From: Schizochytrium sp. TIO01
Taxonomy: Eukaryota; Protista; Bigyra: Labyrinthulomycetes
Assembly: GCA_004764695.1 (NCBI GenBank)
Contig: SMSO01000034.1
Location: forward strand, 930,001-994,000
DNA length: 64,000 nt
Direction of reading: 5' to 3'
Shown: in pieces, positions 63,285 through 64,000 of the stretch
Position numbering within the stretch: the stretch's first letter is position 1
Layout: the number at the start of each line of letters is the position of its first letter
Notes under the pieces: model-generated
Told to the model about the DNA's origin: nothing
What the model saw: only the letters and a program-made list of their open reading frames with translations
Databases searched by the model: none
Position numbers and translations under genes: made by a program

Positions 63285-64000
63285 TCATTCAGAGTGGCCC
63301 GGGGCATAACATGCGAGTTTCAGAGCATTGGCAATACATATTGCTATTCGGTCCGTGTTCAATTGCATGAGGCATATCTCTCGTGACTTTGATTGGGGGG
63401 AGTTCCCAGTGTCCTGAACACAGCGCACCTCTGAAACCACACTTTCAACCAATCTACGGATAAGCTCAAGGCAGGCCTTACTATCTGCACCAGGTGATAC
63501 AACAATGTTTCTACTAGGGTCTATAGAAAGTTTAAGCTTTGCAACAGCTTGTGCTAAATCGGAGTAGTGTGCTGCTTGTAGTTCTATGGTAGTAGAGTTA
63601 ACATATTCACAGCGTACTGTGTGGTGGAGAAATGTATTTATATCAGATTTACTGGTTGAAGAGGTAGACAGCGCTAGCTTCCAGTACTCATACAAAAGAA
63701 GATTCGCCTCAAGTTGATCGTGCCAGGATCTTCGGTCCAAATCTAAAAATATTCCAGGATCTTTGCTGGCGCTGTATTCTCTTGTCCAGGTTAATTTGGC
63801 AGGATGAGAGCTTTCCCAGCTGCAAATGCAAACTTTCAAATCTTGAAAGAGATCTGTCTGGTAGGAGCTTACTTCATGCAGAATGAGCATAAACTCGTGT
63901 TCCTCATCAGAGACAACACTTTTTGTTTTTCGAAGAGGATATGTCTCGCATTGACCACGTATGCCATTGATAATCGCACTTGCGTTACTTTGTTTTCCGG
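63285..64000 (-). CDS. 3' part of a hypothetical protein whose frame stays open to the window edge; weak resemblance to a DALR anticodon-binding domain
   Basis: No in-frame stop between 63890 and 64000, and helical character. The DALR similarity is by eye only. Confidence 0.55.
   Translation of the reverse strand, partial: GKQSNASAIINGIRGQCETYPLRKTKSVVSDEEHEFMLILHEVSSYQTDLFQDLKVCICSWESSHPAKLTWTREYSASKDPGIFLDLDRRSWHDQLEANLLLYEYWKLALSTSSTSKSDINTFLHHTVRCEYVNSTTIELQAAHYSDLAQAVAKLKLSIDPSRNIVVSPGADSKACLELIRRLVESVVSEVRCVQDTGNSPQSKSREICLMQLNTDRIAICIANALKLACYAPGHSE

Overview
Eukaryotic, intron-poor, gene-dense genomic DNA. It is inferred to be a stramenopile protist such as a thraustochytrid (labyrinthulomycete), from gene content, compact single-exon genes and microsatellite-rich intergenic DNA; this is not proven. 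Two compact gene blocks flank a ~21.6-kb gene desert. The left block (1-17.9 kb) encodes an HSL-family esterase, a hypothetical protein, a tetraspanin, a DUF202 protein, a Cys-less pentameric ligand-gated channel-like protein, Strawberry notch, SNRNP40 and a bZIP factor. The right block (39.5-64 kb) encodes a giant IQ/EF-hand/WW/LRR/UBL protein, DDX51/Dbp6, NOM1/Sgd1, a SAM protein, an SH2-TPR protein, HRD1, a CTFxP-repeat protein and a partial ORF. The desert (17893-39543) lies directly upstream of the bZIP gene, whose invariant DNA-contacting Asn is replaced by Ile. It is modular: GC-rich islands are separated by A/T tracts and microsatellites. It carries five same-strand copies of an 11-mer GTCCTSCCTTG, often followed by TTTGCRCC, and several TAG/CTA-rich islands resembling those in front of the ordinary genes. 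The best candidate for an undescribed system is this long-range regulatory or lncRNA landscape controlling an atypical bZIP factor. No tRNA, rRNA, CRISPR array or recognisable transposon was found by eye.
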